Shown in pieces: positions 25,094 to 39,700 of a stretch of DNA of 64,000 nucleotides. The stretch is taken from positions 30,494,773 through 30,558,772 of the forward strand of contig OZ037766.1 in the NCBI GenBank assembly GCA_964035545.1, in the 5' to 3' direction. The notes beneath the pieces were generated by a model that worked only from the letters and a program-made list of their open reading frames with translations, was not told where the DNA came from and made no database searches. The stretch's first letter is position 1. Every line of letters starts with the position of its first letter. Made by a program: the position numbers and the translations under genes. This DNA comes from Bugula neritina. Taxonomy: Eukaryota; Animalia; Bryozoa.

Positions 25094-28000
25094 ATGGCAG
25101 AAAATATGTTTTACAAGCTAAAAGACTGTTTGAATAATTTGGAAGAGTTTAAAACCATCTTGACTTCTGTGAAAGAATCTGAAAGACTAACTATACACAA
25201 GCAGCAGGACAATAGTGGAAACACCATATTAATGCTGGCTGCTGAGCATGAACATTTAGATATTGTGAAATGTATTCTAGACTTGGTGCCAGAAGCTGAT
25301 TTACAGGAGCTATTCACTGTACAGAATAGAAGTGGAAATACAGTATTTCATGATACAACTATTTCTGTAAAGGAGTATATGTTGAAGTCTGTACCACCCA
25401 CTGCGTTATACTCTGTACTTGCTATACAGAATAATGAAGGAAATACACCGATACACCATTTGGTGGTGAAAAATAGTGTACAGCTGTTTAGATACATAGT
25501 GAAATCTGTGTCAGCAACTGATTTATACAATCTATTCAGCATACAAAATAAAGATGGTCAAACTGTTATTAACGATTTAGATCCTGCCTCTTTCAAAGAC
25601 ATTGTGAAATGCATTATAGACGCTGTACCAGTAACTGAGTTGTACAGACTGCTTTCCATACAGGATAGAGATGGGAAGACGGCAGTTCATAGCGCAGCAT
25701 ATCTTGGCTATACAGAGATAGTGAAATGTATTACACAGTCAATTCCAGTTGTTGACTTACAGAAGTTGTGTGAACTTCTCTTCATACAGGACAAATATCA
25801 GATGACAGCAGTTCATTTGGCAGCATATCACGACTATACAAAAATGATGCAGTATATGGTGCAGTCTATTCCAGCTCCTGACTTACAGAAACTATTTACT
25901 ATACAAGACAAACGTGGATGGACAGCTGTGCACATGGCATCTAGAGGGGGTCATACAGAAACTCTAAAATGTATGACAGATGATCTGCCACCCACTGATT
26001 TATTACACATCTTTAGTGAAAAGAATGCATATACAGGCAACACAGTTGCACACGAGGCAGCATTTGAAGGGCATACAATGGTCATGCAGCTTATAATAGA
26101 CTCAATCCCAGCAAAAAATGTGATTGAATTTTTGGCTAAATGTAACAAAAATGGCTTGACAGCTTTACACATTGCTACAGAAAGAGGTCATAGTGAAACA
26201 TTGAAATGTATATTCAATTCTGTAACATCACCTGAATCAAACCCGCTGGTTTTTATACAAACAGAAGATGGAAAAACAGCTCTACACTGTGCAGCAATCA
26301 ATGGCGAGTTGCAGATAGTAAAATATGTTGTTGACGCTCTTACAGCAGCTGACTTATACAAGCTAATCAGTGTACAGAACATAAATGGTAGAACAGCACT
26401 TCACCTGGCAGCAGAAAAAAGCCATGTAAAAGCATTAAAATATATGGTAGACTCTGCACAAGCAGCTGACTTAAGCAAGCTATTCAGTATACAGGACAAT
26501 ACTATTAAAACAGCATTTCATTTGGCAGCAGAAAAAGGCCATTTAGAAACACTAAAATGTATGCTAGACTCTGTACCAGCAGCTGAGTTGTGCCAACTAA
26601 TTAGTGCGCAGGACATAAACGGTAGAACATCACTTCACCTGGCAGCAGAAAAAAGCCATGTAAAAGCATTAAAATATATGGTTATAGACTCTGCACAAGC
26701 AGCTGACTTAAGCAAGCTATTCAGTATACGGGACAATACTGGTAAAACAGCATTTCATTTGGCAGCAGAAGAAAGCCATGTAGCAGCACTAAAATGTATG
26801 GTAGACTCTGTACCAGCAGCTGACTTATGCAAACTAATCAGTGTACAGGATGAAGATGGTAAAACACCATTTTACCTGGCAGCAGAAAAAAGCCATGTAG
26901 AAGCGCTAAAGTGTGTGGTGGACTCTGTACCAGCAGCTGACTTATGCAAGCTATTTACTGTGCAGGATGAAGATAGTAGAACAGCATTCCACCTGGCATT
27001 AGAAGAAAGCCATGTAGCAGCACTAAAATGTATGCTAGACTCTGTACCAGCAGCTGACTTACCAAGAGCACTTGGTATACATGATGAAAGCAGTGATAGC
27101 TTTGCACATTTGACAGCGTATGTTAGGCATTCAGCGATATTAGAATATTTAGCCGGAGTTTTACCATAAAATAGTTTATACAGACTACTTAGCGTTCAAA
27201 ATAGTAGAGGTGACACAATAGTTCATGAGATACTAAGAGAAGGTAAAATGCAAGTGCTCAAATCTATAAGAAAATGTGTGACCTCACTCCAGTTCTATCA
27301 GCTGCTCATATTACAAAACAAAGAGGGTAACACATCTTTCCATGTTTCTATGGAGAATAAAAACGAAACTGATTTTGTACAGCTGCTTATAGATTCTGTT
27401 CCTGTTGACAAAGCATTTCATCTACTAAGTGTCCAGAAAAAAGATGGTAATACTGCTTTCCACTGCTGCAGCACAAAAGAGAAATTTACCAAACTACTAA
27501 AATTCATGACAGACACGATACCAGAGACTGACTGGTCAGAGTTACTTTGTATCCAAAACTCTAATCAGGATACGGTGTTACATCATGCAGTGTCTGAAAA
27601 CTATCTGGAAACTGCAGAACTTATATTAAGCTTTGTACCAGAAGGTAACCTAAACAAACTTCTCATCATACAAAACCAGCAGGGAAATACAGCTTTGCAC
27701 TGTGCAGCACGTAAAGGTCAATCAGATACTGTGAAACACATATTAGACCTGGTACCAGTAGATGAACTGTTCAAGCTAATCAGCAAACAGAATAAAGATG
27801 GAGATACAGCTGTGCACCAAGCATTTGAACAGCATGGTGGCATGGACACAGCAAATCTTCTTATAAGTTGCCTCTCCGCTACTGACTTTGTGAACTTACT
27901 TTCAATACAGAATGCAGATGGTGAAACTGTTGTACATTTTGCAACAGGTAAAAATTTCAGAGAGTTCTGGAAATCGTTAACAAAGTCTGCTGCAGCAAGT

Positions 28001-31000
28001 GACTTACTCAGGATAAGTATGAAACAAAGCAAAAGGGGTAAAACATTTCTGCATTATGCAGCAGAAGCAGGTAATGTAGAAATATTTGAAAACGTTACCA
28101 GTTCAGTCCCAAAAACTGACTTGTACAGTATTTTTAGCCTACAGGACCAGGAAGGTGACACAGTTATACACTGCGCTACATCTTTTGACCGCAAAAACAT
28201 ACTGCATACTTCATCCTTGAGTTGTACTACCATAGTGAAATGTGTAGTAGAATCTGTTCCGCCCGTTGACTTATGGAAGCTGCTTAGTATTCCAAATCAG
28301 CAAGATCAAACAACTCTACATAATACAGTCATCGATAATAATATGGAAACATTGAAATGCCTAGTGGACTCTGTTAAAGCAACTGACTTGTACACACTGC
28401 TCCTCACACAGGATATATATGGTGACACAGCTGTTCATTCTGCTGCATACAAAGGACATGTGGATATGCTAAAATATCTGTTAAACAAACTATCACAAGA
28501 ACACTGTCTAGAAATACTCAACACCAGAAACCTCAAACAGTTTACTCCACTAATAGCAGCCAAGTCCAACAAACAGTATGAAGCTGCAAATTGCATTGCT
28601 GAATACAAAGGAAAGGTAGAACAATATTTTCAAGGTGAGTAGCAATTCACTATATGAATGCTAGTAAAGCCTTGTGTTTTATATTTAAATTTATGCTTAG
28701 ACTCATCTATAAAACTGGTCGACATAGTCACATAAAGCTTATTTCTGAAATGGGTAAAAATGTTCCTAGAAATGTTCACACTTGATCGGTAGACTGGTAA
28801 TAACTTTTTAATCTTGATAAACAAAATTTTTGCAAGTACATAGATACTTCTATTTAGCTAAGTTGTTCTCACATGCACATGCTTTGCCAGTAAGAACTTG
28901 CTTGCATTACAAACATGCTGTCTAAACATGTTCCATAGTAGACTAATGTATAAAATGTTTTGCTAACAGCACAGACATATTTATTTTATAGGATCCAATC
29001 AAATGAAGGCCAGTCTAAAAGATAGCCTGAAGTACCTGGATGAGAGAAACAGAGATGTAGATATCATTCAACTTCCTGTCAAACCCTGTACTCTGCAATC
29101 TGTAACAGAGAAATTCTATTCTGACAATGTAAGGGAAATATTCTATCTGTATAATAATTATTACATTTGCAGGTATATATAAACCCAGTAGTAAGCAAAG
29201 TGTTTGTTGATTTACAGGTGCCACCAGCCTATATTTAGTTCTGTACTTGCAAATAGCATGCTATAAAGAAATTAGAAATGAGGAGATGCATCTCCTCATT
29301 TCTAATTTTTTCCTAACTCTTTATATATACTAACTATCAACTTATTTACCAACATATACTTCTGCTTCAGATCCTTGATGAACACAAGATCTGCAAGATT
29401 CTTTAGGCAGCAATTGATACTTTGAACCTGCAGTGCAATTTTTGTAGGTGTACAGAATGTCAGCACCTGTGAGAGGAAGATGTCTGATTATCAACAACAG
29501 GTACTTTGACAGACCTGCCACTCCAGCTCCTGGTCAGTTTGAATTTCAAGACAGGGATGGCTCTGAGATTGATGTGATAAACATCTTGAATGTGTTTCAA
29601 CAGCTAAGCTTTGACTGTGAACTAAAATCAAATGTCTCTAGCAAGGTAATTTGTTGAAAGTGAAAACCCACTTTTTTCTAGGTAAAAACATAAAGGGAAT
29701 ATTTTGCATGATTGGCTTGTTATTGATTGATTTGCATAGCAAATTACAGTAGCATAATAAATTTATTGATCGCTGAATCCAGCCTGATGATTTTTAAGTT
29801 GGATTGAAAAGTTTAAATCCTTTATTGGATTTTTAGTCGATGTATATTTATCTTTTAATTAAAAAACTAAAAAAATTCTCTTTTTCTCAATCAAGCAAAT
29901 GCTAGCAGACATAGAGAGAGAAACACAACATCCTGACTATCAAACACTTGGAGTCAGTGTATTAGTCATCATGACTCATGGGGCAGAAAATCAAGTCTAT
30001 GGTAAAGATGGCCACCCAGTAAAACTGACAGACATCTATGATTTGATTTCTCCTTACAGATTCAAGTCAATGGCCGGAAAACCTAAAATTGTTATCTTCC
30101 AATCATGTGCTGGTGGTGAGTCACTTCCTCTTTTGTTTAGATGGCTCTAACTTGGAGTTGTTTAGTAAGATATAAACTTTAAAAATGCACAAAAGTGGTT
30201 TCTTATACTCTTTTTAGTCATTTTTGAGAGCTTTTTCTTTAAGATGTATTAAATTTCATGATATTAGGAAAAGCTACCTCATTACTAACCATTGGAATTT
30301 GACCTAAAACGTCAAATGAAAGACTTACAGTAAGATTAAATTTTCTTATTGAGATTACATTTGAATGGCTGTTGTAGACAAGGCAGATGACATGGGATTT
30401 TATACAACAGATAGCAAAACTAAAGTAGAAGTCAAAGCAGAACCTCCATTTCCAGGAGACCAACCAGCTTCTGATGATTTGTTTATCCTAAGAGCCAGCT
30501 TTCTGGGTCAGTCATATACAATCAAACCTTCCATGTTGTTTCAGAAAAGAGTATCATTTTTAAATACACATATGCAGCATAAATCTCTTTTTATTAACAA
30601 TTCTGTAGAAAAACTTGTATTTAAGTTCTAAATATTTGCTTGATTTTAGTCCCATGATTATTAGTCTTAGCTAGAGAGCAACTGGAAATTATTCATACAT
30701 TTCAGGTTACCGTTCAGCGAGACATTCCAAGCAAGGCACCTGGTTGATAAGAGCCTTAGTGTATGCTTTGTATACCTATGCAGGTGATAAAGATATACAA
30801 AGCATATTTGAAGAGGTAATAGTTTACTCAATAAAAGTTTTGGCTATACACAGAAATCGTGTATTCATGCAAGTTGACTCATGCTTGAATGTAGAATTAA
30901 TATTAAACCAATCCCCACTTGTTGACAATGACATTGAGTTAGCTAATGCTGATATGTTTTAGGTCAAGGAGATCGTGAAAGAGAAGAGTCTGCTAGCTTC

Positions 31001-31109
31001 TAGAAGGAACATAGACGTAGGGGGACAACAGCCAACATTTGAATGTTTTCCAACAAAGAGAAGACAACTTTTCTTGTACCCTAAATTTGATCCTCCAGCA
31101 CCTAAGTAA
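25094..31109 (+). pseudogene. Ankyrin-repeat caspase, copy B, with a single premature stop. Exons 25094-28634, 28992-29128, 29448-29645, 29896-30115, 30378-30506, 30706-30815, 30963-31109
   Basis: TAA at 27167-27169 corresponds to GAA in copies A and C (GVLPE). The same frame continues open to the donor. Caspase exons and splice sites are intact. Confidence 0.83.
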
Positions 31110-32857
31110 ATATTCATTGGCTTTGTCTGCACTTTACGAAGCAACGCTGACGGAGAGTCTCTAGAAGTTATTCCAAGAATTAAACCAAATTCTAAATTAT
31201 AGCTAGTACTTATTCTATATTTGCCTACTTGAGTAGTTTCTTTTAGTACTAAGGAAATCTGCAACTGATGTGTAAATAGAAAATACATTTTACCCAACTA
31301 ACTGATTAACCTAGCTTTGCTATAACTCTTGCAGAGTGGGATAAACACTAGCACTTACTGCAGAAAGCTTCTTTTACCATTGAACAAACCTTAGAATATA
31401 TTTCACTTTACTTTCGGAGTAACCCCTTCTTTTTATTTTTCACTTCAGCTTGACATCTTTATTACACTTAAAACCATTAGCAGTTTTATTTATTGTTATT
31501 CAAACAATGCTGAAAATATTATTTTATTTGTTATACCAAAAGTATTGCATCTGCCTAGATGCCTGATTAGAGCTATAAATACCCTGAATAGGTTTGCTGT
31601 GTCAATATTATATAATTTACTATGTTGAGAAGTGTGTGCATGATGTAATGATTTCATAACATTTCTGAACTACTTTAATTGTTTAATATCTTTATTATAT
31701 GAATTCAATAATCAATTGGCATTTCTTTTATTTAGCATTTTTTAAGCCTGGGATATGCTTATATCTGATATATTAATATATTATAATCACAGTACTAAAC
31801 TAGTTCACATATGCATATTGTGTTTTTATGTAGGTCTTGTATGCTTATAATATACTTTATATTTTATATTCTAGTATTGTATTACTCTCATAAATTACAC
31901 CACTATTATAATGTGTTGTTCTTTTCCACTTGCTTGATTGCTTTTTAGATGCTTTAAATAAATACAAAAAATACATATATGTATGTTTGTTTTTATATAT
32001 AAGTTATTATTTAGTGTGAAGCAAAGCAAATTCACAAATATTCAAATGTTATAACTATACCATCAGATAAAGTATGATAGACTGATACTTTTCTGCTTAT
32101 TTCATCTTATTAACAAGATGCTGTCACAGTCTGTATCTGCCAACAACTGTAATATAAACTTAAACAGGCAGTATTATTCATTAAGTATTCAAAGTATATA
32201 GTGATATATATAAAATACACAACTGGAGGTTTGTGGCACAGCTGTAAGAATATTATAATTATTTTGGTTTTTTTTCTTATCTTTGTTTCAGCAACTATTA
32301 ATGCAAAGATTTTAAATTCAGGCAATTTCTTTATAGAGTAGATATGCACAGTTAAATGTAAATGAAAATTAAACTGGAACTGTAATGTAAAATTATGGGA
32401 AGGTCACCTTTGCTGCCCACAGTTTGATCTTTCAGAGAATTTAGGCAGGCCATTGATGTAGATAATCATGGAAAATACCCAAGGATTGTCATATATTATT
32501 ATGCAAACAGCCAATACACCCTGTTACCAGCATGTGCTAAGGGAGGCTCCATATAGTCCCCTGAGACTTTTGCTAACAGGAATTCTTACAGGATTATGTC
32601 TAAAATTACTAGTGTGCTGTACTGTACTGTACTGTACATCATATGCTACTGTTTTGCCTTTTGTGAATTTAACTTAAATAGCAACAAAACAAATTTGCTT
32701 TATATGTTAAGAAAACATTCTCTCACATACTTGTCTCTGTGCCAAGGAAAGCTTATTATATGGCTTCAATTGTTGCTATCTTATAAATATATATTATAAA
32801 CAGGTATAATACGTTGTTGGACTGTAATTGTAGTTGATAACTCAAATAAATAGTTAC

Positions 32858-33382
32858 ATGATGGAAGAAAATGAGTATTGCAAACTAAGAGACTCTTTGA
32901 ATAATTTGGAAAAGCGTCAAACCATTTTAATTTCTGTGAAAGAATCTAAGAGACTAGCTGTACTCAAGCAGCAGGACAATAGTGGAAACACCATATTAAT
33001 GCTGGCTGCTGAGCGTGAATATTTGGATATTGTGAAATGTATTCTAGACTTGGTACCAGAAGCTGATTTACAGGTCCAGCTACTCATTGTATAGAATAGA
33101 AGAGGAAATACTGTATTTCATGATACAACTGATGCTGTGACGGAGTATATGTTAAAGTCTGTACCACCAGCTAAGTTATACTCTCTACTTGCTATACAGA
33201 ATAATGAAGGACACACAGCTCTACACCATTTAGCATCATCGAACATTAATATAAGTTCATTGCTCTACTCGTTATACAGAATAAAGAAGGAAATACACTT
33301 CAAAATCATTTAGCAATAAAAAAAGTGAACAACTGATGAAATACATAGTGAAATCTGTGTCAGCAACTGGTTTATACAACCT
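32858..33382 (+). pseudogene. Second 5' fragment of the ankyrin exon (in-frame stop, internal duplication)
   Basis: MMEENEYCKLRDSLNNLEK...LAAEREYLDIVKC. TAG at 33092-33094. Same relative position in its unit as the 21109 fragment. Confidence 0.85.
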
Positions 33383-36300
33383 ATAAGCCAGTATTCAGCA
33401 TAGTAATATGAGTCAACATGCGAAGTCTCTTGTGGATAGTCTGGGTCTTTTACCCCCTCCCTTACAGTTAGAGTCATATATAAGGCAACAGTTGTAGTTT
33501 CAGTGGAATGGCTATTGGCAGCTAGTTGCTCTGTAAAACAACTGTATCCCCAGTGATAATATTTGTTAATATCTTATGTTTTCTATGTCTAAGCATCTAT
33601 AATTAATATATACATGGTTGTTCAGTCTTATTACCATAGATATAACAGATTCACACATTATAAGTGTATGTTAAACCATTAAACTTTATGATTTATGTAA
33701 TCCAATAACAAATATGCTTATATTATGCATTGTATCAGTGTGGAATGGAACTGCTGTACAAATAAAGAAGATTAATCTAAATCAGTGGTTTCCAGCCTTG
33801 AGGGAATTCCCCTTGGAGGGATTTGAGGCTTTTGAATAAGGGGGTATTTTATTTCTAAAAAGTGCATATACAGTGCTTTAAGCGATTTTTGAGCTCTTGC
33901 TTGTTTCTAAATTATTTACCCACACTGAATTTTACTTTTACATGCATGTGTCTGTTAATCATTGCCCTATCTCCTATCTGTGTTACTGGGAATTGAGGTT
34001 AAGAACAAAAACCAACAGGAACTTTAGGCAGCCATGCAAGCTAATATCTAGGAGTTACATACCCATGACTAGTGGGTATATTTTCTGCACTAAACCTGAA
34101 AATGCAATCATCACATCAGTGCTGTTCATAGCAGCATCAATGCTTTCAAAGCTAAACTGACACCATATCACAAATGTGGTGTCTCTCTCCGCACCCAATG
34201 AATTATGAAAAGAACTTGTTCAAGAATATTTTCTCGAAGCAATTCTAAGCATCTTTTTGAACTCTTAAAAGAGTTCGAATAGTATTTCCCTGAGCTACTT
34301 TCAAAAAGAAGTATCTTGATTTGACAAGAATCTTCTTTCTGAAATGGGAATGTCTGTGAAAGGGGAATAAAATTGGATAGACAAGTTCTACTGGACAAAT
34401 TAAACACACTTTGTGGAGGTTAGTTGGTGAAGAATGCATTTGGTTGGCTTTCTGTTGGAGAGCTTTCCATAATAAACAGCTAATTGCTGGCTCTGAGCTG
34501 TTTTAATTCAGATATATCATATATGCCCTTATGGCTATACTTGCAGTGTGAATCAATGCTCATTTCAAAGCCGTGATTAATTATCTGTCAGAGCAATTTG
34601 CAAAATGTTTTCGTTATGATTACTGGACCAGAAAACATAGTTAACCTCAAGTGTCGTCTGTCAAATACTGCAATATAACTCCACCTATCCACTTGTAGGA
34701 AGTTTTAGTTCATTGCGTACTAAACTAGAGCATAGCAGTTGACTTCAGGTGTTACCCACTGTAAATGAACTCTAAAGCAATAGCTGGAAATACACTTTCA
34801 CTGCAGTTGGAGGAGAAGAAGTTGACATGTTTTATTGAGCTGAAACAGTTTGGTATGTAAGAAAAAAAACAGATAAAATTTATTTTTGGAAAATTACAGT
34901 TATTCATAAAAATTAAACACATGAATGGTACTACTTAATACTAATAGAGAGGAGTAGTCATGGTTTCCAACAGCGTTGGCTTTGGAAAAGACTCTTATAG
35001 TAAATATCAATATGTGAAGATTTATAGCTTACATGCACAGGCAAGCAAAGCAATCACACTCTTAACCCAAACGCAAGCCATATAGATTGGTTATAAACCT
35101 ATTTTCTATATAATATATCTGGCTGGGGATGTGTGCTGTGAAAATGTGCATATTTTCACCTAACAGCTTTGATTCTATGTTTATAAGTTATAATTATTGT
35201 ATATGAATCTGGTTGTTTTTCATAATCATAGTAGACTAACAAACATTTTTGCTGTAACTTTCGTAGGCCCCAGCAAACATGTGCAAAGTTTCCAACAACT
35301 ATTCTTTAGTGTTGGATTCGGTGATCTAGTATTACTTTCATCGTGGCTAGCTTGTGTAGGTTTCGTTCCTCTAACTGCCTTCTGTTATAGAGCACCATTA
35401 ATATACAATTACTGTTCATGGAACACATGCTGCATGTGTAGACTAGTGGATCAAACCCTAACAGAGCCATTGGCAAGGTTAAGAAACCATTTTCTCATAA
35501 TATTTTCCTTTGCACTACACAAAGCTGGTAAACCCAGTTACCAGCATGTGCTAAGGGAGGCTCCACATGCTCCCCTGAGACTTTAGCTAACCAGGGTTAT
35601 TACTGGATTATGTCTAAAATTACTAGTTTACTGTATTGTAGTTAATTGAGTATTTGCTACAGCCTTGTCTTCTGTGAATTGACCTTAAAAGGCAATAGAA
35701 CAAATTTGCTTTATATATTCACAAGTGAACTTCTCATACTATAGAAGTACTATATATGCTACTAGGAAACTACTCTCCTGCATAGTGCATCTTATCTAAC
35801 TGTCACCTCACTTCTCAGTACTTGAGTGGCCTAGTTATACTAACAAATACATTGTTTAAATTACTAAGGGCCTATCACATTGTGATCAGCTCAATAGTCC
35901 CATGACAGTGAAATAATGATGATGCATTTTACTAAAAGCCCTCCATGCGTGAAAGCAAGTTATAATGATGTTATAATCTATAGTTGTGTTGTATATTCAC
36001 ATATTGCATTACAGCTTTATTGTTATACAGGCTCTAAGAGTAAAAGCTATTTAAAGCTTGTAGTTACATAGCTGATGTTTTATAGGCATATGTTGTTTCT
36101 CTACCACTCAGCCTTGTAACATGTTGAATGCTCAATAAAACTTATTCTCAAATACTACAAGCTAATATAGATGCAGGAATTGAGAGGGTTTTAAATAGGA
36201 AATGTAGCAAAAAAGTCCATGTGTTTTCAGTAAATGTTATGATATAAGAAAATTAAATAAAATCTTACACCATACATGTTTTCGTTATTACATGGCTAAA

Positions 36301-36722
36301 TGAGTTGGACCATTATCATTACAAAAACATTGGCATTGATTTGTGATGAAAAATGTATGCATAATTCAATCAACATATGCACCCAAACTTGGTATTACTC
36401 GATGAATTTTAACATTGTCAGTTAAAAATGTAAAATGTGTACTATAAGCTGCTATAGCTGCTAGCTACTGTCACCAAGCTTGAAATTTCATGCAGCTTAT
36501 TATTTGTGTTTGGTTTGGCTTTTGCTTTTAAAACTCTAGTATTGATTTGTTTTCTATGTAAACAACTTCTCACTAAGTACATCAGAAACTGCCTTCTTTT
36601 TGATATAATAACTTTAGCTAAAAATTCAATCTAATGAATGTTTTGCGTATCAATGAAAGTGAGGACGTGCTACTTGCTATATTATAATAATTGTAGTTTC
36701 GAATTGAGAAACTATTTACAAG

Positions 36723-39700
36723 ATGGCAGAAAATATGTATTACAAACTAAAAGACTGTCTGAATAATTTGGAAAAGTTTAAAGCCATCTTGACTTCTGTG
36801 AAAGAATCTGAGAGACTAGCTTTAGTCAAGCAGCAGGACAATAGTGAAAACACCATATTAATGCTTGCTGCTAGATGGGAACATTTGGATATTGTGAAAT
36901 GTATTCAAGACTTGGTACCATCAGCTGATTTACAGAAGCTACTCACTGTACAGAATAGCAGCGGGAATACAGCATTTCATGATAGAACTAATGCTGTGAA
37001 GGAGTATATGTTAAAGTCTGTACCACTAGCTGAGTTATACTCTCTACTTGCTATACAGAATAAAGAAGGACACACAGTTCTACACGAATTAACATCATGG
37101 GGAATTAACGTACAGCTGATGACATACATAGTGGAATCTGTGTCAGCCACTGACTTATCCAACCTAATCAGTACACCAAACAAAGATGGTAAAACTGTTA
37201 TCCACAGTTTAGTTTCTCCCTCTTGCGAAGACATAATGAAATGCATTGTAGACGCTATACCAGTAACTGAGTTGTACAGACTGCTCTCCATACAGGACAA
37301 ATATGGGAGAACAGCAGCTCATTGGGCAGCAGATAAAGGGTCTGCAGAGGTGATGCAATGTATGTTGCAGTCTCTTCCAGTTGTTGACTTACAGAAACTA
37401 CTTACTATACAAAACAAAGATGGGCAGACAGCTATGCACAAGGCATCTAGAAGGGGTCATACAGGAACTCTAAAAGTTATGACAGATGTTCTGCCACCCA
37501 CTGATTTATTACACATCTTTAATGAAAAGACAGGCAACACAGTTGCACATGAGGCAGCATTTGAAGGGCATACAAAGGTCATGCAGCTTTTAATAAATTC
37601 AGTACCAGCAAAAAATGTGATTGAATTTTTGGCTTTGCCTAACAAAAAAGGCAACACAGCTTTACACATGGCTACAGAAAGAGGTCGTAGTGAAACAGTG
37701 AAATGTATATTAGATTCTACATCACCTGAATCAAATATGCTGCTTTTTATACAAAGAGAAGATGGAAAAACTGCGTTACACTGTGCAGCAACAAATAACG
37801 AGCCCCATACAGTAAAATATATTGTTGATGCTGTGCCAGCAGCTGATTTATACAAGCTAATCAGTGTACAGGACACATCTGGTGAGACAGCATTTCACAA
37901 GACAGCAAACAATAGAGATATAAAAACAATAAAATATATGGTAGGGTCTCTTTCACCAGCTGACTTATGCAAAATTCTCAGTGTACAGAACAAATCTGGT
38001 CAAACAGTGCTTCACTTGGCAGCATACAGAGGTGATTTAGAAATAGTGAAATTCATTATTGAGTCTGTACCAGCATCTGATTTGATAAAAGTTCTTAGCA
38101 AACAAGATAATCATGGTGATAGTATTACACACGTGAGAGCTTATGATTGTAGTACAGAGATATTAGAATACCTAGCAGGAGTTTTACCAGAAAGCAGTTT
38201 ATACAATCTATTCAGCATCCAAAACAAAGCTGGTGAAACAACAATACACAAGGTATTAGCTGAAAGACAAGTGCAAGCATTCAAGTCCATAAAAAGTTGT
38301 TTACCCAAAGTTCATTTCTACCAATTGCTGATATTACAAAACCAAAAGGGTTACACATCTTTGCATGTAGCTGTTTTTGTGAGGAATAGAATTGAAACTG
38401 AGTTAGTAGAGCTGCTCATAGATTCTGTTCCTGCTGACAAAGCATTTCATCTACTAAGTGTTCAAAATGAAGATGGTGATACTGTTTTCCACTGCTGCAG
38501 CACACAAGAGAAATTTACCAAACTAATAAAGTTCATGATAGACATGACACGAAATACTGACTGGCTAGAGTTACTTTGTATCCAAAATGCCAACCAGGAT
38601 ACAGTGCTACACCATGCAGTCTGTCAGAATTATACAGAAGCAATACAACTTATTTCAAGTTCTGTATCAGCGGCTGAACTAAACAAACTTCTCATCATAC
38701 AAAACCATCAGGGAGATACACTGTTACACTGTGCAGCAAATAGAGGTCAATCAGATACTGTGAAGCATATTCTGAGTCTGGTACCAGTAGATGAATTGTT
38801 CAAACTAATCAGCATGCAGAATAAAAATGGGGACACAGTTTTACACCTAGCATTTAGAAAGTATGACAACATGGACACAACAAATCTTCTTATAGGCTGC
38901 CTCTCAGCTGCTAACTATGTGAAATTACTTTTAATACAGAATTCTCATGGTGACACTATTGCACACGTTGCAGCAAATTATAGGAAATTGCCTCAGAATA
39001 ATTATTTACCTGATACAGAAAAACTTTCAGATTTTTGGAAGGCTTTAACAAGAACTGTTGCACCAGGTGACATGCTACAAATAAGTGGTAAACAAAACCA
39101 CCAAGGCAAAACATTTCTTCACCATGCAGCAGAAGCAGGTGATGCAGAAATATTTAAATATGTTATTAGTCTAACCCAAAAAACTGACTTATGCAGTACA
39201 TATAGTCTACAAGATTATGAAGGTAACACATTTTTACACTGCGCTACATCTTTGGGCCTCACTGACATAGTAAAATATGTAGTAGACTCTGTTCCATCAG
39301 CTGACTTGTGGAAGCTGCTTAGAATTCCAAATCAGCAAGATGAAACAACTCTACATAGTTCAGTCGCCAGCAATAATACGGAAACATTGCAATGTCTAGT
39401 TGCTGCTGTTGAAGCAACTGACTTGTACACACTGCTCCTCACACAGGATATAAATGGTAACACAGCTGTTCACTATGCTGCAAATGAAGGCTATTTGGAC
39501 ACATTAAAGTCTCTATTAGATAAACTATCACCAGGGCAATGTCTAGAAATACTCAACATAAAAAACCTTAAACAATTTACTCCACTAATAGCGGCCAAGT
39601 CCAACAAACAGTATAAAGCCGCAGGTTGCATTGCTGAATACAAAAGAAAAGCAGAACACCATTTTGAAGGTGAGTTGCAACTCACCATAAATGTTGATGA

